Shown here in pieces: positions 36,981 through 50,261 of a stretch of 64,000 nucleotides of DNA (position 1 is the stretch's first letter; each line of letters starts with the position of its first letter). Origin of the DNA: Fistulifera solaris (lineage: Eukaryota); the NCBI GenBank assembly GCA_030295235.1, contig AP026144.1, forward strand, positions 558,001-622,000, given 5' to 3'. The translations under genes were made by a program, and so were the position numbers. Below the pieces are notes generated by a model. It was not told where the DNA came from and ran no database searches. It saw nothing but the letters and a program-made list of their open reading frames with translations.

Positions 36981-38099
36981 ATGTCGAGAAGAAGGCGGAG
37001 GACGCCGATTCTTGGGAACATAGCGGTGATCGTCTTCCTTTCCCTTTTCGTTTCTTGGACAAGGGCCGACGACGATAGTATAATACAAATTGCAATAGTG
37101 GCTTGTGGAGAAGCGCGTGTGGAAGAGGCCATGGTTTCGATCCGTTCGGCGATCATGTCGACCACCGAGCCACTGACGTTCCATATCTTTCATGACGAAA
37201 GCAATCGACTCCTTTTCGATCTCGCCACGATGCCCGCCACGTTTCATTTCTATCCAGCTCGATTGCCGGATACGTACGCCCATTTGTTTGCACCCTGTGC
37301 CTCTCAGCGATTGTTTCTGCATGACGTATTGCCTCATTCGATTCATCGAGTCTTGTATGTTGACTCGGATACCATTTTCCTCGACGACGTCGCACGACTG
37401 TGGAAGGAATTCAATCAATTTTCATCGGTAGCCGCCATGGCTGCCGAGCATGAACCGTCCCATCAACGGGCCTATTATAAGGATGAAGCAACTCATCCGT
37501 ATTACAATCAAGGTGGTGTGCATGGGTTGAATTCGGGCGTCATTTTGTTGAATCTACAGAAACTGCGGTCCGATCCCTGGAACGAGGAGCTGGATCAGTT
37601 TTTAGCTACTTATACACTGCGCTACCATGATCAGGACCTTCTCAACTTGTACTTTTATCATCACCCGGAGCGCTTGCATCTTCTTTCCTGTCGCTGGAAT
37701 TATCGAACCGACCATTGCTTCTTTCGGGCACACTGTCCAGATGTCGGACCCGCCGATTCTGGGGAAGCAGCCGTGATTGGTTTGTTGCACGGCAGTCGTG
37801 GTGTCTTTCATCTACCTCCAGAAGATGAATGGTTTGTGAAGGTGTTCGCGTTGACGTACGAGACCTTCGTCGAAGAAACTGGCAAAGGATGCGAACACTT
37901 GACCAAATCGTTCGAAACAAAAGCCGTGGCCTGGATCCAAAACGTTGATCCGGAATCCATCACTAACAATTGTCAAGCGATTGCTCTTCCTAATATTTTT
38001 GTCACCTTGCAAGGTAATTGTCGACGAAACAAGACCAAGCTACAATTAGATCAGCTCGCGTTGTCCCGCAAGGGACAGGGTCATCATGTCGAGTTGTGA
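36981..38099 (+). CDS. Glycosyltransferase family 8, glucoside xylosyltransferase (GXYLT)-like
   Basis: N-terminal TM, IAIVACG, LFAPCASQRLFL, LYVDSD (DxD), GLNSGVILLNL, DQDLLN, CRWNYR.DHC, LLHGSRGVFH. Confidence 0.88.
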   Translation: MSRRRRRTPILGNIAVIVFLSLFVSWTRADDDSIIQIAIVACGEARVEEAMVSIRSAIMSTTEPLTFHIFHDESNRLLFDLATMPATFHFYPARLPDTYAHLFAPCASQRLFLHDVLPHSIHRVLYVDSDTIFLDDVARLWKEFNQFSSVAAMAAEHEPSHQRAYYKDEATHPYYNQGGVHGLNSGVILLNLQKLRSDPWNEELDQFLATYTLRYHDQDLLNLYFYHHPERLHLLSCRWNYRTDHCFFRAHCPDVGPADSGEAAVIGLLHGSRGVFHLPPEDEWFVKVFALTYETFVEETGKGCEHLTKSFETKAVAWIQNVDPESITNNCQAIALPNIFVTLQGNCRRNKTKLQLDQLALSRKGQGHHVEL

Positions 38100-38191
38100 C
38101 GCACAGTCGAGTTTCGAAACCAAGGATGAATTTTTATTTATAATCATCGGCTGAACAGTAGCATTTGCACAACATGGCAATAATTATTTTA

Positions 38192-40449
38192 CTATCTAGC
38201 TTTCGTGGCGTACGTTTTTCTTCCTGGCGCTTCTACGTTGCGACGCCAATCGGTGGGAAGAAGCTTAATGTCGACACTTCCATCGGCACGAAATGCTTTT
38301 CCAAATACCTTGTCCAGTTTTTCCCGTTTCAGAGCTGCCCGCATTTTCTGCAACACCAGATCGTTCACATATCCAGTCGTCGCAGCATTTCGAAAGACCG
38401 TCAATATGGCGGAATCTCGTTTTTCTCCTTCGGGCATCAGATATCGGAGTGCTGTCAGGGTCGTAGCAAAAGAAACATGGTTCGGTGTCGCGTGATCTGA
38501 TTGTTTCAGTTCTTGATATGTTTTGATGGCGATCCGCAGTGCAGCCTGTTTCTCAAGCTCGTCGTTTTCGCAGAAAGCACATCTACGAAAAGAAGCAAGT
38601 GAGTTGGACGAGAATGCACGAAGGGAGAGAGCCAAGCTTCAAATATTCACTTACGCGTTGATGACTCCGCTGTAGCAATGCGCGTTGGGTGACGCGGTAA
38701 TTACGCCCTCCTTTGCAATTGAATCATTTTATCAAGCACTTGGCGGGCGCGACTCATCTTCCCTAATTTTCGCGATCTGCTCCATGCAGAAATTGCTAAG
38801 CCAAAAATGAACTCATTCGGGCGAAGATTCTCATCCTTGAGATCTTGGTAGGTTGAGATCATCCAATTCAAAAGTGCTTCCGCATTCTCCCCGGCATCCC
38901 GTTCTCCTGAACGCTGCCAAGCGTCCATTACAGTCGCCACCGTCTGAGCAGTCGGTTTGATGTTATCATTACCATGCTTGTATTGGTCAAGCAAATCGAA
39001 TAGAATATCCTGGGCTCTCTGGGCTGATCCCTTTTCGTTTGAAGAGGCGTGCGCACTCATCAAAGTGACATAACTAATGAGATTGGGGCGAGCGGCGGTA
39101 TTGCCATCGCGAAAGCTGCGTTGCTGGCGTTCGAAGATAGCTTCGCACTTCATTGCAGCACTGTCATCCTTTGATTTACACCACCCATCCATAATAGTTG
39201 CATACGTGACGGCATTCGGAAACGGTATTTGATTGTGTTTTTGTTCCATCGATTCTAACAATCGCTCGGCTCGACGAAGATTGCCTGATCGGGCCCATGC
39301 TAAGACAAGATTGTTGTAGGTCTGCACTTTTGGATCAATTCCGCTTTGAATCAAATCATCCATTAGCTCTTTTGCCTTTTGTGCCGATTCTTCATCACCG
39401 CGACCGGCATATATTCCCATCATGGTCGTATAGGAAAATCGATCGGCTAGGTTTCGCTTCCACAAGTGGGCCATGATAGCTTCCCCGCGCACCACGGATT
39501 GGGTGGTCCCGGCCCTTTTCCAGATTTTCAGCAACTTGTTGTACGCAATCAAGTTGGCGGTTCCTTGCTGTTCCATCACTGTCAAAAGTTCCTGTGACTT
39601 TTCCGCGAACCGAGAGGCGGAGTGGGATTCCGCAACCGCCACGTAGGTATCCAAAAGGGCGGTTTGCAATCGTTCCATGTCCGTGTCTTCGGGGGCCCAT
39701 TGGGCATCCTTGGCGATGCGGTAAAACTCTTCGGCTTGTTTCATGACCTTTTCGGGCGACTGGTCGAGCAACATACATTGTATCACGGCCGCGAACGTCC
39801 GTGCATTGACTTGACCCTGTTGCTCCATGACCTTCCAAATTGCCAAGGCACGCGCCGACGAAGAACCTTCCCTCTTGGAATGAGCTTCCAGTAATAAATT
39901 GTACGACAGCAGATTCGGATGCAGAATTCTAGGCCCATCGACCATGACCTTGATAAGTTGTTCCGCCTTTGCCGCATTCCCGTCTCGCGCGTACGCACTC
40001 AGCAGAATGTTGTAATCTGCCAATTTGGCTTCGTCGCCCATCGCTTGAAACCAATGTTCGGCACGGACGGTATTGGCCGCCCGTACGTGTGCCAGCAGTA
40101 AGACATTCCAGGTCACTTTATTGCCTGGTAGAGGAGACATGCTCTCATAAATTTGTTCCGCTTCCGCGGTGGCTCCGATCCGACCAAAGGCGTCCATGAC
40201 AATCGTATAGTGTTTGGTGGTGAGTTGGTGGCCTTTCGATCGGAGGTCTTCTAACAAATCTTTGGCCTTGTACGCGGCTTCGAACGTATCTTCTTTGCTG
40301 TACGCGTGGAGTAAGGGAATGAATGCATCGTTTGGGATTGCCTCCAGCAATGTAATTGACAGTACCGTCACGCTATGACGACATGGTGACACGACAAAGG
40401 CATCGGCACCGAAAGAGGCAATTGCTATTAGCATAACCCATGTTTTCAT
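38192..40449 (-). CDS. Pentatricopeptide-repeat protein, probably plastid-targeted
   Basis: Signal + ADA|FVV; PPR-like units (HYTIVMDAFGR, TWNVLLLAH, SYNLLLEAHSK, TYATIMDGWCK). Frameshift ~38710; intron ~38585-38653. Confidence 0.85.
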
Positions 40450-40802
40450 CTTTATTGATTCTTCTAAAAGCTGTCGTCCTTATCATCTGGATCCTTTTCG
40501 GTTGTCTTCTTGATGCTGTGTTTGTCCTATAGAGGACGAGAAGAAGAATAAAAGGAAGAAGAGTGATAAAGCAAAAATTGATGGAGTGAAACGAAAAATG
40601 CAACAATCACGAAGACCCGGATGTTGAAGTTGAGACAATTCTCCGCCCTGCAGGTTTCTGGAAACGAACGTGCAAAGTGTCGTATCGGTAATCGAATTCA
40701 ACTGGTTTTCATTCGATGTTTCATTGCATTGCTATGAACTATAGTACCACGTACTATACCTACTTGTACAATGAAAATAATCACAGCAACCATTGATCCC
40801 TA

Positions 40803-41793
40803 TTATTTGATTTTATTTGGGTCTTTCAACAATGATTGTTGATGAAAGGTCCGGGTCGCCTGCTGCAACAAAGTCTGCCACGCACGATAGGTCTCCACCA
40901 TGTCACGATCCACTGGACGATGTCGCAACGCATCGACCCACCATCGCACTGTGATGAGTACCAGACTCAACAACAGGATCCACCACAAGGGACGCGCCAT
41001 TTGGAGCCACGCGTCTAGTTTTTGGCCAAAAATGCGTTGACATTCTTCGAGATTGCGACTCCAGAACACTTCATCCCCGTGATAGGTGATCCGGGAACAA
41101 ATGTGGGGCAACGAGGCTCCTTCCCAACCTACCATCCAGGGTCCGTAGCGATACAATTCGGTCAATGGGATCTGGACGATCCCTTGATAGAGCCAAGTAA
41201 GTGTGCGGTCCATCAGGTACAACAGGGTGGGCCAATAAAGAAACGTCCACAACAAAATGAAAACAGAAAAGAGCAGTAACCACGGCATGAATTGCCGATA
41301 CCAGGGCACGGATGAAGTCGCGGGAAGCGGGGGAGTGAATTGTACCGTGTAAACAAGGTCACGCTCTTTTCTTTGCAACACATGTTCCATTGTATAAAAA
41401 TGCCCAACGCACGACTCTTGAAACAAGCCCACAATAGGTTGTGGAAGACACATGGATTGTTGGATACAGGCCGCCAGTGTACGTGCCGTCATATCGGGTG
41501 TGATGTGAAACGATAGAATGGAATGAGGAGGGTAGTTTTCTGGGGGAGTGCGGACGCGGAGTAACCATTCGTCGGAACTGTTGTGTCGTTTCGACTTGTT
41601 CTTATCAGATACTCGATCATCTTGCTTTGGGATGACGGGTAATGGATGGTTGGCCGTAGCACTGGTGCTTGCTACTTGTACAAAGTCGTCGTCGTCGTCG
41701 TTGTCATGTTGCGGCGAATTGACGAGCCTCCGCGCCGAGGAGGAGGCGGCGGCGGCGGCGGCACACGAACTCTTGTTTGTAATCGCGTTTGCA
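40803..41793 (-). CDS. Hypothetical membrane protein (5' structure uncertain)
   Basis: 229-aa ORF with two TM segments and LYRYGP..GWEG..ICSRIT motif; Pro/Thr-rich upstream part in another frame. Confidence 0.55.
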
Positions 41794-42223
41794 TTGAATA
41801 AAACGATGGAAAGATATGCCTCAATGAAAGGTGATGCATAGAGAAAAAAATGGTTCGCCGGTTGTCGCGCGTTAATTTATACGTCGCTGAAAGGTCCACT
41901 CACAATTAGTGTGATAACGTCAACGGCGCATAGCGGTAGTGAGTATTTTCCCAGACCGGTACTCCCTCGTGGAACGGTCTCCATCCGGCATGGCAGATCA
42001 AAACGTAGTCCGACGAAAACAGACAGCTGTCGTGTCTTTCGGAACCAACGAAATGGGGCTGTAAAATAGCAACATGATGCTGCGCGAGGAATGAAAGACA
42101 TATAAACGACCATCATTGGGGCATGGCTTGGTAGATTGCCGTGTTTTGGATCAGCTATTCTTGATTTACTTTGAATAGACTATCCTTTGATTCAGTTTTT
42201 CCGAAAGAAAAGAACACAGTATC

Positions 42224-45200
42224 ATGGGTGTCCCCGCCTTTTATCGTTGGCTATCGGAGAAATATCCCAAAATTGTGCAAGATATATTAGAAGAGCGCGT
42301 TCCCAATCAACCCAACAGCAGTGTTCTCTTTTGCCACTCAATATACAAGGCCCCAACCCGAATGGCATCGAATGTGACAACTTGTACATTGATATGAACG
42401 GTATTATTCATCCGTGTTCGCATCCGGAAAACGGACCGCAACCCACCACGGAAGAAGAAATGTTCGAAAATGTCTGTCACTACGTCGATCGCCTCGTGAG
42501 AGCCATCCGACCGCGCAAATTGCTCTATTTAGCCATTGATGGGGTGGCACCAAGGGCCAAAATGAATCAACAGCGGGCGCGTCGGTTTCGGAGTGCCCAA
42601 GAAGCCCGTGAATTGCACGAACTCGAAGAGCATGTTCGTGAAGAACTGGTGAAATCGGGACAATTCGTACCACCGCACAAGAAAACGTGGGATTCGAACG
42701 TCATTACACCCGGAACGACGTTTATGTTACATTTGGCCGAGTTTTTGCGCTTCTATATTCGGAAACGATTAAGTACCGACAAGAACTGGAAGGATCTGCG
42801 TGTCATCTTTTCCGATGCCAGTTTACCCGGAGAAGGAGAACACAAAATTATGTCCCATATTCGTCTGCAACGAGCTCAAGCGGGTTACAATCCGAATACG
42901 GTGCACATGTTGCACGGATTAGGTAGGTTTAGATTGTTTTCGCGAGCGAGTAATTCTCTTAACACATTTCTAACGCACACTTGTTGATTAGATGCCGATT
43001 TGATCATGCTTGCTCTAGCCACACATGAAGCGCACTTCTACATCACCCGTGAACTGGTTTTATTTGGTCGAAAGAGTCAAGAACAGCACGAACAACGACA
43101 GATGGAATCGGGCTTTCTGGATGCGCAAAAGGCTCTGGACGAAAAAGTTGGACCCGAAGCCATGGCGATGGAAATTAATCAACAAAAACCACTGCAACGG
43201 ATCAGTATTCCTATTCTTCGCGAGTATCTGGCGGCCGAGTTTGCTGTAGTGTTGCGTCCACAAGCTTTGCCATTTGCCGCTTCTTTGGAAAGGATCATAG
43301 ATGATTTTGTCTTTCTGTGTTTCTTTGTTGGGAATGACTTTTTGCCGCATCTGCCGTCCTTGGACATTCGAGATGGTGCTTTGGATTATCTTTTGAACGT
43401 TTACAAACGTTTGTTGCCCAGTATGGGGGGTTACATTACCAATTCTGGAGGCAATGTCAATTTGAGTAACGTTGATATCATTCTCGCGGAAGTGGGTGCT
43501 ATCGAAGATTTTGTATTTGGCATGAAACACGAAAATGAAAAACGAGAAGAAGAGAGGCGACGTGAACAATCAATGAGAAAGAAGAACAATCTTAGGAATG
43601 ATGCGCCCCCGGAAGTTGCACCAGTCGAACACCATCGAGTCGAAAGGTAGAGCCGCTCGCATTATGGAACGGCAAAACAAAGATAAAGATATTGCTTTAT
43701 CACGAGGACACCAAGCAAAAGAAGATGCTCGCCATGTGCAGAAAGCGAAGCGCATGATGGAGCAAGACAATGCTAAAGCAGCTGAAGATTTGAAAGCTTC
43801 ACTACTTGGACTTGTGACGGAAAAAAGTGACAAGATAGAAATTGGATTTGTGGAAGCGTCACCAAAGCATGAACAAGATGATGATATTGTGAAAAATGAA
43901 GAAGTACAAGATCAGTCACTGATGAACGAGGAGGCAATAGCGTCACCCGGTACAAAGCGCTCACTTGAAGAGGTCGAAATAGGCTCGGAAGACGAACCGC
44001 CGGCAGCAAAGATGGAAAGAGAACCCGGGGTTGTTGGTGACATGGAGGATGAATTTGACGCCGATGACGCTGATGAGGAAGAGGACCTTGATATAGAGAA
44101 ACCAAAAATAGAAGACCTGATTGAAGATACGGATCCCGAAATTACTTCTCGATTTAAAGCAAAAGTAAAGGAGGAGCAACAGAAAAAGTTGGATGAACAC
44201 GCAAAAATGTTGTTGACAATGTTCGTTTGCACGAAGCAGGTTGGAAAGATAGGTACTATTCCGATAAATGTAAAGCCGATGACATTGAAAGTAACGGCGG
44301 TCGTGAGCACCTCTTTCGATCATATGTTATGGGACTTTGTTGGGTTATGAAATACTATTATGATGGATGCCCCAGTTGGAAATGGTACTATCCGTATCAC
44401 TACGGTCCATTTGCCTCCGATTTGAAAAATATTGAACGCTTTGAGAAAGACTGTCGGGCTTTTGAGCTTAGCACTCCATTCAATCCGGTCGAACAATTGA
44501 TGGCGGTACTGCCTTCCGATTCAAAGCACGCTATACCCAAGGCGGCCAGATGGCTTATGGAGGATCCGGAGAGTCCTATAATTGATTTTTACCCTAAAGA
44601 AATTCTTGTTGATCCAAATGGGAAGGCTATGCCTTGGCTTTGGGTCGTTCTTCTTCCCTTTATCGATGAAGATAGACTGCTTGCCGCTTTGTCGCCGACA
44701 ATGCAACATTGGACTAAACAAGAGCTATTTGCGAATGCCAGAGGACTTGACGATGGTTACCTTTTGTGCATAGATCACACCCACTTTCCCAAAAGCTTGC
44801 TACAATACTGAAAGACGGCAACACTGCTAAGGCTGGCAAGACGCGACTCACTGATACAGCAATGTATGGATGTGCAGGCTTTTGTGGTTCAGTTCGTCCT
44901 CCGTTGAGCAATGAGTTGTATCCTGTCGAGGAAGACGTGACCATTGGACCCCCTTCGTCCGCTTCCAAAATTGTCAGAAGTAGTGACGACAACATATTTT
45001 CGGAGCCCTTAGAGCCAAATGATGCCGTGTGCGTGTCGTTTTCGGAACCGCCAAAATTATCTCATAAGAGCATAATACTTCCTGGTTCAAAGTTACTGAA
45101 TCCTGTGTTGACTGACGAAGACAAGCGAATACGACGTCCGCGACTGAATCGCTTCGGAGGAACTATTGCCAATATGGGAGTTGGTAACGGACAGAGCTAC

Positions 45201-45827
45201 CAGTCTGGCTATGGCAGCATGAACGTGGGTTCCTACGAGCGGCAACTGGCCGAGCAGACCGGTCGCGGCCACCAGATGCATCAAGCCGGGACACGAGCCT
45301 GGGGAGCTATGGAACCTGCACCCAAGAGATCACGTGGCGTCCCGCCACCTCCACCACCCCCACAGCCCCAATACCAGATCCCGAATCCGTTTATGCGCAA
45401 TCCAAGTGTACCCAGTTGGCAACAGAGTGCTCAGAACTCTTATCATCAATATGGGCACCAAAATCAAAATCGACCGTACGGTGGATATTACGGATATCAC
45501 CAACAGCAAATCCCACAACACGGAGCGCAACGCGGCATTCAGCAGCGTGGAACACAGCCACAATATGATCAGCCACCGGGTTATCCGGGTAGTCGAAACC
45601 ACTATCCTCAGCAACAAAGACCGCCGAATTATGTGCAGCAACAACATCAACCACCAGGACGACCTGGCTTCGATTTCCGTTCCTTTAACAACGGGCAACG
45701 CGAACCACCGAGACCTGGGTTTCAACCGAGACCGGCAGGGTCGGACGTGATGAGCAGCCTCCGTGCTCAGTTGGCAAATACGTTACGGCAGAACAACAAC
45801 AATCGTCAAGGAGACCCACGGCGCTAG
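42224..45827 (+). CDS. XRN2: 5'-3' exoribonuclease 2 (XRN2/Rat1)
   Basis: MGVPAFYRWLSEKYP, DNLYIDMNGIIHPC, AIDGVAPRAKMNQQR, DSNVITPGT, PGEGEHKIM, HGLDADLIML (intron 42923-42991), FFVGNDFLPHLPSL, SWKWYYPYHY. Several homopolymer frameshifts. Confidence 0.93.
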
Positions 45828-46168
45828 ACGTAGAACAGAGGGACTTGTTGTTTTAGACCTATGGCTAAGTTGTAGACAAAGTAGGTTTACCTGGTATGTT
45901 TTTTTGTTTCTCACCTTAGACTTCATGGGGAAACCGGTATTAAACCGGTACTTAAATGTACATTCTGGAACTGACTAAAACACTGTCATTTGCGTTTTCA
46001 TCCAAAGATACGAAAGATACAGCGCGTGTTTTTTGCATTTTTTCTCGACGACGCAAAGAGGCGATATAGCAACCTTTTCATTAATCCCAAAAGAACGCAC
46101 ACCCATACTTGCAATTCTGCCGCTATTTATCGCCTTGTCTCCAAGAAAACACAAGAAGTCATTCTGTG

Positions 46169-47703
46169 ATGGCGAAGCCTCTACTAGAACTTATCCCTGA
46201 TGCTTTATTGACACCAGAACAAAAGAAATCTCGACCCTATCGATGCGAAACTTATTTACCCGTTTATCAGCTGGCGCGGGAACCAACGAGCCTCGAAGAA
46301 TTCGACTGGGCGAATCTAAGCGACATGGTGATCTGGTGTGAAAATGGAACATTAATTTTGATATGTAAACACGGCGATCATCAACATTTCGGGTGGAAGA
46401 TATCCTTCACAGTTCACGTCGGAAAGGTTCAGGTGGGCGGCGCAATTTATTGTGTAAACGACGACGACATCGTCAGTCAAGCTGAAAATGAAGCCAATAT
46501 ATTCAAGACGGCAACCTTCTTCGGACTGCTAAGACATTCCGGAGAAAGCAAGATCCGTCTCGAGATTGACGTCGAGGATCTTGTGCCCGACTATGACTGT
46601 GACTTTGCAGATTTCCTTCACCCAGAAGAAATTGCTTGCCTCATAGATGCACAACCGTAACGACAGCTCAGATTGGCAGGAGGAAATTGAGTGCCGAGCA
46701 GTCCGTCGTCTTGGCGAATCGACCTTATCCGATGGACTTACTTTTGACCAAATCTACTCAAGGAAATGATTACTTTAAGTTCGAGGACGGAGGGACTGTC
46801 TTTGTAAAGGCGCTGGAGACCCGTGTGTCGTCCTAAAGCTTGAACTATCAATGCCCGACCCGGAAGTTGCCCTGCTTGCATTCTCTGCCAAAGCAAGCGC
46901 TTTATTAGTGTATGACATTGATCTCAATTATTTATTTTGAAGAAAGTGATTTTGGGGTCTTGCAAGTTGCGACTTCAGACCTTCGACATCCAAATTTCCT
47001 TTGATTTTTCCGTTTTAGATGATGACTACAATGAAAGCTGGGACAAGCGTCTAGTTGCCTTTCTTCATAAGATTGCGGTGTCGGGTCAATTTATACGATT
47101 GAAGATATCTCTTTTCTATATTGACGATGTAGCACCAGAAAAAGCAACAGCCATTGCGAAGGCACTCGTTGCCGTGATTCAAGGAAATCCGACATTGACA
47201 ATTTTGGATCTGAGCGGTTTCAGTTTTGATGAATATGATTGGAGCCCTCAGATGCGAATTCTTTTGGAAGCCATGGAAGAGCATCAGGGATTACAGGAAT
47301 TCGTTGTAAATGACTATCCGGCTAATGATTCAGAGTATTCGTGGTTGAAACGGTTGCTCTTACGCAATCACAATATCAAGGTGCTGAATCGCCGGGGAGA
47401 AACGTGCACGGATGGTATGTTCTGAATCGTATGTATAATAGATCAGCACAATTGATCAAGGAGCCTGCATGGATTCGTCATAACCTGGTCGTGGCAGCAT
47501 TGATCGAGAATGCATCGAAAGACTTTCAGTTCACTGCCTTGTTGTTGTTCCAGCAAGCGGATGTACTTTTTGCATTTTTGCAAGGCTTGTCTTTAGAAGA
47601 AAGTGTCTCTTCGGTGGGTGTGCCAGAGGAAACTGTATCATCGAAAGCGTCTACGCCTCTTGATTCCATGGAAAGGGCGCCAAAAAAGTCGCGTTCGACC
47701 TAA
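46169..47703 (+). pseudogene. Degraded member of a probable lineage-expanded LRR-like gene family
   Basis: MAKPLLELIP.. N-terminus; LRR-like segments (NPTLTILDLS, LQEFVV); broken by frameshifts and stops (46660, 46836, 47425) that are not all in homopolymers. Confidence 0.55.
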
Positions 47704-48099
47704 GATATCATAACTTTATATGTTGCATGTTCCCAACCCGTATTTCTTAGTTTATGAGCAATATCAGCTAAATTCAATCTTCCTTTCGTATCGACTCCCT
47801 TCGAGGATTTTACTTTATTACCTGTAACAGGTGTCACTCGGCGGCGTACATTAACAATGAAACGACCCAATTTAGTCATGAGTCCTTATCCTCTAAACGA
47901 GTTTTGCGCTGCGACGCGATTTCACACGAAAACGTCGGACTGTCAATTTTTGACACCCCTCCAAAGGTGACGCTGCACTTTTGGAAAAGGCTTCTATTTA
48001 TTATTTGTTGATGGCAAAACGCCACATTATCTTTCACTTTTTGACAAGCTCGCTCCGTTGCAATTAAGCTTCTCTTGGTGTCTTCTATCGCGCTAACAC

Positions 48100-50170
48100 A
48101 TGTGGAAGATGACTCAATTGTTGCTGCGTCCGTCTTCTCCTCGCGTGCGCTTTTCGACTCCTCCTCTGTCGATCCGACCGTTTTCCTCCATTCGACCATG
48201 GAAACAGGCTTCAGTTGAATCGCGTGGGCATTATCCCGATGAAGCTTGGATTGAAGAACATGTCGGAGGTCCGCTGTATCAGCACCAGAAAAGTCTTCCA
48301 CGTCTTCCCGTCCTGTCCATCGAAGATACGTTGTGTCGTTTTTCTACCGACGGCTTTGCCTTTGGCCAAATCCTCACAAGAAGTTCAGGCCTTGCAAAGT
48401 GCCGTTGCCAAGTTCCCTCAACAGGCGGCGCATTTACAAGAACGTTTGATGCAGCGCCAGAAAGAGAATCCGAATAGTTCGTGGCTCCAACATTGGTGGA
48501 ATACGGCCGGCTATCTGCAAGTGCGTGATTCGGTCGTTATTAATGTTTCGTACTTTTTTCATTTTCAAAATGACCCCACGGCCGTCCGTCAAATCCAACG
48601 TGGTGCGGCACTGTTGGTGGCGGCGGCTGATTTTCGTCAAAAAGTGGTGACGGGTCAGTTGCCTGCCGAAATGGTCGGGAAACAAAAGACCCCACTTTGT
48701 TCAGTCGCGTATAAATACATGTTCCATGCGTGTCGTATTCCAATGCGTGACCATGATTCGTACATGATCTATGATCCCGCCCGGAATCGTCATGCGGCAG
48801 TGGCTTGTCGTGGACACTTTTTCAAAATGGATTTTGTCGATCAAGATGGGAATGCGTACCCGTTGCGTGTCCTGGAAGAAGGCTTACAGCAGTGTCGGGA
48901 CCTCGCGGACGAGCTCCCACCCGCTTTACCCTTGGGGTGGTTGACCAGTCAGAATCGCGATGATTGGGCCGTTGCACGGCAAACGCTCTTGGAGTCTTGT
49001 CCGCGCATGGAACAGGCCTTGGAAGTGCTGCAAAGCGCCGCGCTCCTAATTTGTCTCGACGAAGTCGACCGTGCCAGTTCGGAAGCCATGGCACAATTAC
49101 TTTTACACGCGGGTCGTGATGCTTCCGCGGGTGCCAATCGATGGTTTGATAAGTCCATTCAGCTCGTTTTGACCAAAGAAGGACAGGCCGGATTGGTGGG
49201 TGAACATTCCATGATGGATGGCATGCCGGTAATGAATTTTGCCAACCGTTTGACCGAAGTCACCTACGCACAAGCGGGTGCCTTGGCTACGGCAAAGGCC
49301 ACATCTTGTAATGTGGAGCCGATTTTCTCTAAGCTCAATGTTTCGTCCGAGCACAAATCTCAGATTGATCGTCACATCAACAAAGGTAAGATTTTATGTC
49401 TTGGATCACTTTCAAATACCGTCCCCACTTCTCGCTAAACATTACCTGGTTTCTTCAGCAATGCTCGAACTAGAAACAGCTGCTAGTCGTCATGAACTTG
49501 ACGTCGTAAGGTTCCATGGGTATGGAAGTGATTTCATCAAAAAAGCTGGTTTCTCGCCGGACGCGTTCGTGCAAGTAGCCATGCAATTGGCTACTTATCG
49601 TTTGTGGGGAGAACAAGTTGGCACTTACGAAGCCACACAAGTGCGACCCTTTTACATGGCCGTACCGAGACAACCAGAGCTGTCTCGACGGAAAGCGCCG
49701 CTTTTTGCAAAGAAATGGGCTTACATCCCAAATTCGACGAACATCACGAGAGTGTCCGCAAAGAGAAACTTCGTCTTTTGCAGGAAGCTGTTACAGCTCA
49801 TGTCAAATTCATGGGAGCAGCGGCGAAGGCGGAAGGAGTCGATCGACACTTTTTCGGATTATCCATGTTGGTTGGTGACAGCGAAAAAGCTCCCGATCTT
49901 TATTCCGACCCCGTCTTTGCTCGTTCGAAACGTTGGCGTGTCAGCACCAGTCACTTGACACACCCTCGCTTTGAAAATTGGGGCTACGGTGAAGTATTCC
50001 CCGATGGAGTTGGTTTATCGTATTCGATTCACAAAAGACACTGTGGGTTTAGCATAACAGCATTGAAGGAACACGATTGGACAGAGAAGCTCGGCGATAA
50101 GTTGGAAGAAGCGTTACTTGAAATGAGAGCACTGGTTGAACTCGATCGACAGCCTACCAGCAAACTTTGA
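48100..50170 (+). CDS. CRAT: Carnitine O-acetyltransferase (mitochondrial presequence)
   Basis: QKSLPRLPV, SWLQHWW..GYL, NRWFDKSIQ, GEHSMMDG catalytic His, SPDAFVQVAMQLA, TYEAT..HGRTET, VSTS, GYGEVFPDG. Intron ~49386-49458; frameshifts at ~48340 and ~49650. Ends in SKL. Confidence 0.92.
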
Positions 50171-50261
50171 ACACTTAACTAAACTTTAACACAAGATCTT
50201 GTTAAAGGTGTTAATTAGAGCTCAAAAAGCTGTCTCCGAGCGAGTTGGAAAGGATTTGGTA

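Noticed and set aside
47876..48301. 141-aa minus-strand ORF
   Set aside because: Overlaps the CRAT 5' end antisense and has no motif.
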